64,000 bases of DNA from the NCBI RefSeq assembly GCF_009914755.1, contig NC_060930.1; one strand, written 5' to 3'. Shown piece after piece: positions 60,226-64,000 of this stretch. How positions within the stretch are numbered: position 1 is the stretch's first letter; each line of letters starts with the position of its first letter. This stretch comes from the human T2T-CHM13v2.0 reference genome, Homo sapiens. The translations under genes were made by a program, and so were the position numbers. The notes beneath the pieces were generated by a model that was not told the origin of the DNA, made no database searches, and worked only from the letters and a program-made list of their open reading frames with translations.

Positions 60226-61797
60226 CTCCCAGCTCCCTTGTTAAAGACGAGATGTTTGCAACTCAAGTATCACCCTGAGGTCTGGGAGTGTGTTGTCTTC
60301 TCGACATGGTGTTTCTAGAGTCTAGCCCAGAGCCTGGCACATAGAAGCTACACAGAAATATTAGCTGAATGAACATCGATTTACCTGAAGGCGGGTAGGT
60401 CCATTTGGTGCATGTCATAGAGGATTTCCAGAGTTTGAAATGACATGTGTGACAATACAGCTTGGAAAACTAAGAGCAGAATATGTTTTGACAGAGGAGG
60501 TAGCAATTAGGCACCTTTGTTTTTGGAATACTAAATAGGATTTGGCATTTTGTGGATTTGGTCTTATTTTTTCAGACTCTAGGGAGGAGAAACAACATCA
60601 TGCATCTCTTCCTGTGGTCAGGTGGATCTTGTCTATTTGGTGAAAGCTTCTCTGACAAATATAAGCTTTTATTTGGGTTACTGTGAAAGCATTGACTCTC
60701 TAATAATTATTTTCCCTCTTTTAACCTGCTGTCATGTTTGTTAACGAGGCCATCAGCAGAGCAAATTTAATTAAAGGGTGGATGGCAGGAGATGATGGGC
60801 CATGACTAATGGTTCCCGAGAGCATGGAAGAGTGTTTGGAAAGAGAGTCACTCCCTTCAGCCACCAGGACCACATCATTCTGTTATGTCATTTTTATTTT
60901 ATGAGGGATGTTTTCTCGCTGGCATCATATGTTGAAACTCCTCCTGCCGCTCCTGTGAGGAGGGCTGGGCCTCGTCATCATCCTGGACCCAAGAACTGAC
61001 CTCATGCTTGACTTTCCTGCCCACTCCCTGGGTGGGATGCACGAATCTCCACAGCATGTGGTCACCACATGGAGGGCTCAGTGCGTGGCGTGGTGTGGCA
61101 CATGGGATGAAGCGCACACAGAAACCAAAGTGCTCTAAGAGCCACCTCTGTCACTATATCGTGATCATTTTGCCTGAGTTTGGTGTTGCTCCTGATGTTG
61201 GCTCCTTATGATAAATGTGTCTTTTATCTGTCCCCATATCAATAATTATCTAAAAATAAATCAACAACTAAAGTCTGCTGAAGATTGGCTGGTTTGTTGC
61301 CTCAAACATGCAATTAATTTCCTTTCATTTTGATTCAATTCTCATTAAAAAAGCAGAAGTGAAGAAACACGGCAGACCATCCACCACACAGGGGCTTCGG
61401 CAGACCCTCCGCCATGCAGGGGCTCCGTGATTGGAGAGCCCTGTTCGGACGCTGGCACCCACTCAGCCTGGGTGGCTGTGGGCAGGGGTCTTACTTCAAC
61501 CAGAGTCTGTGGCTCATGGTGGCTGTGTGTCTTCTGTATTCCAAGTCCAGGACAGACCCAGGACTGCCAATGGGACTACACAAGGCAGCCAGGTATGCTG
61601 TGAATTGTACAGCTGTACAGGGCTTCAAACAGCTCAGAACATTTTTGCAACATTTATGAATCTGTCTTTCCAATCGCGTATAATAGATATACTTAGGCCT
61701 ATTTTATATAGGAGAGACTGAGACAGAGGTACTGAGCTCAGAACTGAAATCCAGGCCCTCTTCCATCGGGGTATTATTACTGTTATTATGCCAACCT

Positions 61798-62188
61798 TGT
61801 GATGGGTTGAACTGTGTCCCCAAAATTCATATGTTGCAGTTCTAACCCCAAGTATCTCCGAATGTGACCTTATTTGAAATAGGGTCTCTCTACAGAAGTA
61901 ATCAAGTGACAGTGAGTTCATTAGGGTAGATCCTAACCCAGTACAACTGCTGCCCTGATAAAAAGGGGATATTTGGACACACGCAAGGAAGAGACACAGG
62001 AGAAGATGCCGTCTACACACCAAGGAGAGAGGCCTGGAACAGATTCTCCATCTAGGCTCAGAAGGGGCCAACCCTGCCGACACCCTGATCTGAGATTTCC
62101 AGCGGCCAGGACTGTGAGGCAATGGCTCTCTATGGTTTAAGTCACCTGGTGTGCGATCTTGTGTGAGGACAGCCCTGGCAAACTCAGA
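61798..62188 (+). mobile_element. MLT1B-like MaLR solo LTR
   Basis: tgtgatgggttgaactgtgtccccaaaattcatatgttg...ccaaccctgccgacacc...cagccctggcaaact. Confidence 0.9.
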
Positions 62189-62458
62189 GAAGCAGGCTTC
62201 AGTGCCCCACACAGGCATCTGTCCTAGCTGGGTGGCCTTCTTAGGATGATGTCTTTGTAAATCCCAACGTGAGGCACATGGCCCCATTCCCCATGCTGCA
62301 CAGGTGAAGCCAGAGGCCCAGAGCACCACTGCCTGTGACCTCAACCTGCAGGCAAATCTGCATGAGGACGTAAAGTGGCTTTTTATTCAACGGAGTCTTT
62401 GCCTTGACTCATCCCAAGGTTGTGTCTCCATAATGTGAAAACAACTGATAAAACCATT

Positions 62459-62798
62459 TGTATTAGTCCCTTCTGCCACTGCTATAAAGATACTACCTGA
62501 GACTGGGTAATTTATAAACACATGACTCACAGTTCTGAATGGCTGGGGAGGCCTCAGGAAACTTACAATCATGGCAGAAAGCACCTCTTCACAAGGTGGC
62601 AGGAGAGAGAGTGTGCAGGGGAAATGCCAGACACTTATGAAACAACCAGATCTCATGAGAACTCCCTCACTATCATGAGAAAAGAAAGGGAAAAACCGCC
62701 CACATGATCCAATCACCACCCCCAGGCCCCTCCCTTGACACATGGTGATTACAATTCAAGATGAGATTTGTGTGGGGACACAGAGCCAAACCATATCA
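62459..62798 (-). mobile_element. THE1 (THE1C/D)/MSTA-type MaLR solo LTR
   Basis: tgtattagtc...gagccaaaccatatca with perfect 5-bp TSD ccatt (62454-62458 and 62799-62803). Confidence 0.94.
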
Positions 62799-63908
62799 CC
62801 ATTTTAATAAAACAGCCAAATGAATTGTCCAGCCTTGTGGAGAGGAAGGGAGAGGCCACCTCACAGAGACCTTTCTCCTTAAACTCAGCTAGGATATCCC
62901 AGGACAGAGGGTCATAGAGTAGCCGAGCCAGCGGGAATCAGAATCAGGATGAGATACATGCGGTGCGCTGGGGGCAGGTGCAGGGGAGGTGAGTGTGCTG
63001 GGGTGAGTGCTCTGGAAGTGAGTTAGAAAGCATTTCCAGGGACATTCCACCCAGCCTCCACCTGTCAGGTGGGCCATTCAGGTCCCAGATGGAGTCACAT
63101 TAGCGTATCCATTCTCTCTTGCATGGCTTCTAAAGGCAGCGACGAGGGGGGTGATGATCAGTCCAACAATTGTAGGAACAGAACGATAACCCACATATTA
63201 ATGGAGCTCTTCCAGGGAACCCGAGGCTGAGCCCCAGGGAAGCAATGGTGATGTCCTGGCTGCTGTGGTTGTGCAGTCTAATGGGAGGAGACATTCTAGA
63301 CAAATTGTCAAAGCTCAGTACATAGAGGATGAGTAACAGGGGCAGCCTCCCTCCAGGGGTGACAGGGGCTGTGTGTGAGGGATAGGAGGTTGCTATGCGG
63401 GGGTGCAGGAGGATGGGCTGGGCTGGGTCATCCTGGGGTGGGAAGGGACAGAGCATCTGAGGAACAGAGATGAGGCCAGTGAAGCAGCCAGCAGCAAGGG
63501 GCGGGACAGCCAGGGGCAGGACGTGCCACCAGAGCTGTAGGCAGGAGACCAGCCTCAGGGGACCCAGGGGGGTTCACTGAAGGGCTGATTTTCATTGAGA
63601 AGGCATTGGGGGGACATGAACAAGCCTCTGTACAGAAAGTTTACTCTTCCTACAACATGGGAAATGGATTTGAGAGGGTTCAGCTGGGACCTTGAGGCCT
63701 GGGGAGCTGCTGCGGTGGCTGCAGCGTGGCCCTGGAGCTGGAGAGTGGGGGCAGATTTGAGGGAGGCCTAGGAAGTGAAGTCCAGAGGACCTGGGGATTG
63801 ACGAGTCACGGGGGTGAGAGAATGTAAGCTCCACAAAGACGATGATTTTGTCGATATTCTTAGCTTTTGTATCTGCAAAGCTTGTATAAGGGTTGCTCAT
63901 AGAAAGCG

Positions 63909-64000
63909 CTGAATACAGTCATTAAGCGAGGGACTTCCTGAATACAGTCATTAAGCGGGGGACTTCCTGAATACAGTCATTAAGCGGGGGACTTCCTGAA
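63909..64000. repeat. 29-bp minisatellite running off the window end
   Basis: ctgaatacagtcattaagcgggggacttc starting at 63909, 63938, 63967, 63996. Confidence 0.97.

Noticed and set aside
61634-62344. 236-aa minus-strand ORF
   Set aside because: Runs through an MLT1 LTR and MIR remnant; non-ATG start; no homology recognised

Overview
This is 64 kb of primate, almost certainly human, non-coding genomic DNA. The identification rests on Alu J/S/Y SINEs, THE1/MST/MLT1 LTRs, L1M LINEs, MIR/L2 and MER/Tigger DNA transposons. I find no credible protein-coding gene, RNA gene or CRISPR-like system. The ORFs in the track are explained by Alu, LTR or simple-repeat sequence, except four decayed ORF1/ORF2 fragments of a near-full-length minus-strand L1MA element (~35.3-42.0 kb). 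The window is patchily GC-rich and dense in minisatellites and short tandem duplications, as is typical of distal, high-recombination chromosome ends. The exact locus cannot be assigned from sequence alone. The most interesting signals are four. (i) Two old L1 insertions show twin-priming 5' inversions. (ii) Nested insertions with readable target-site duplications (TSDs) give a relative chronology, including an LTR that landed inside an Alu. (iii) Old L1 remnants show a local AT-to-GC shift, and one carries PRDM9-motif repeats. (iv) Several minisatellites multiply a specific transcription-factor motif in each unit (TGCACAC x6, ETS/kB-like x3+, octamer, TAATCAA x11), and there are CTCF-like sites. 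Repeat subfamily names come from recalled consensus sequences and need RepeatMasker/Dfam confirmation. The regulatory ideas are hypotheses only; I do not see a novel biological system that the sequence can support.
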